A stretch of 56,664 nt of DNA, filler included, from Perkinsus olseni (lineage: Eukaryota), in NCBI GenBank assembly GCA_013115125.1. It is 2 parts of 2 records of this genome, joined end to end, with 100 filler letters (N's around TTAATTAATTAA, not from the genome) between each part and the next. Parts side by side here need not be neighbours in the genome. Positions count along the whole stretch, not along the records: positions 28,384 to 56,664 come from JABANN010000452.1; 1 more part is not named here. One strand, written 5' to 3'. Shown one piece after another: positions 55,701 through 56,664 of this stretch (within the stretch, counting starts at the first letter, position 1; each line of letters opens with the position of its first letter). A program made the translations under genes and the position numbers. The notes under the pieces are model-generated. The model was not told the DNA's origin. It made no database searches and was given only the letters and a program-made list of their open reading frames with translations.

Positions 55701-56664
55701 CGGAACTCTTGTCGACCGAAGCGTGGCTGCTCCTTCGTCTGTGGTTTTCTAAGTGGATCTTGACAAAAGGCTCCTTGGCCTGACGACGAGCATTAATCGA
55801 GTAAATGGTATATGTCGTCCGATTCGAACTCAGAGACGGTCTATCCTTAACCACGATGATCCCCTGTAGCGACGAACCCGCCGCGAACCGAGAGCCCCTC
55901 GAAAGACAGGCCTATGAGGAATCTCGATCGTCACCTGCAAGTCTTTCCCCTTTACAAGGGCCACGTCCAGAGTACCCAATACCAAATCGGGCCGTCCCGA
56001 GTATAAATCGTCTCCGGTCAGCACTCTATGAGTACTCGCCTAGAGATGGTATCTTTAGTCGTCGAGTCGGTCGAGGGACAACCTACCTGGGAACTCCTCT
56101 TGCTGGCAGGTGCGTTGCGCGGAGATTCAGCTTGGGGCTTGTTACGGCGGATCTGAGCGTGATATCTTCTGCACGCATTTGTCGCACTCATCAACCTCAG
56201 AACCCACCCCAGGTATCTTCGAAGTTGCCTTCATTCTTGCTCTATTAATTTTTTGAAATAGAGCGTTAGAGAATGACCGAGTGCTACTGAGACTACTTGG
56301 TGTTGGTGAGCCCGACACTGCAGAGGCTTGCGCGGGTGAGGCTTGCTGCTGCTGCATTTGCTCAACTTATTCTTATCCTCAGTCACTTTCAACTGATACC
56401 CGTTGAGCGACGGTAAACTGAGTAACTACGAGAACAAGCATCATCTGAGAATACTGCCCAGTTCCTACCCGAAAGCATGCAGAAACTGAGGAATTTCAAG
56501 ACGACAAGTGGGAAAGATCTTTTGATGAACAGCGGATCGAGCGTGCGAGAGTAGCGAGTGTGAAATCGCAGAGAAGGAGGATGCGCACCGTAAAGATTCC
56601 AACACAACACCGCACGGCGGAGACAGAAATTGTGCTGCGCTGAAGCACTCATGAAACGGGAACC
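52795..56664 (-). CDS. multiple C2 and transmembrane-domain protein (MCTP-like), 5' end beyond the window
   Basis: The last exon has two hydrophobic regions, IERIPTAWNWSDP and NFFWMIPDD (PRT_C-like). Upstream exons carry C2-like strands (GTLDVALVKGKDL, EPFVKIHL, DLHVVLF...PLGRV). Confidence 0.75.

Overview
Gene-dense, intron-rich eukaryotic genomic DNA. The many ~40-60 nt GT-AG introns, very short intergenic spacers and small secreted orphan proteins fit a Perkinsus-like alveolate, but the organism is inferred, not proven. Exon chains were assembled by eye, so boundaries are approximate. Recognisable genes are a papain/cathepsin-L protease, DNA ligase I, 40S protein eS10, a HAD-like protein, an AFG2/SPATA5 AAA ATPase, a DHH exopolyphosphatase, Maf, a cysteine synthase-like enzyme, a TruD/PUS7-like protein apparently lacking the catalytic Asp, a CCCH+Smr protein and a multi-C2 transmembrane protein. 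The window also holds several hypothetical genes, two tRNA-Gly(CCC) genes, an LTR-retroelement relic, a non-LTR fragment, an assembly gap with an artificial linker and an intron-rich Mutator-like transposase. Three non-obvious signals stand out. (1) Long, exact, orientation-independent DNA words (AATTTCGTGGCGCGYGACG, GCGGAGCGAAGC, AGCTAGAGGTGTCAGAA) and orphan tRNA-3'-end/B-box elements recur inside introns of unrelated genes, including a 53-nt intron made almost entirely of a tRNA-3'-half-like element. (2) Two complete tRNA genes sit inside a spliceosomal intron. (3) Two hairpin-saturated segments near the start have G-U pairs and GNRA loops that point to + strand structured RNA.
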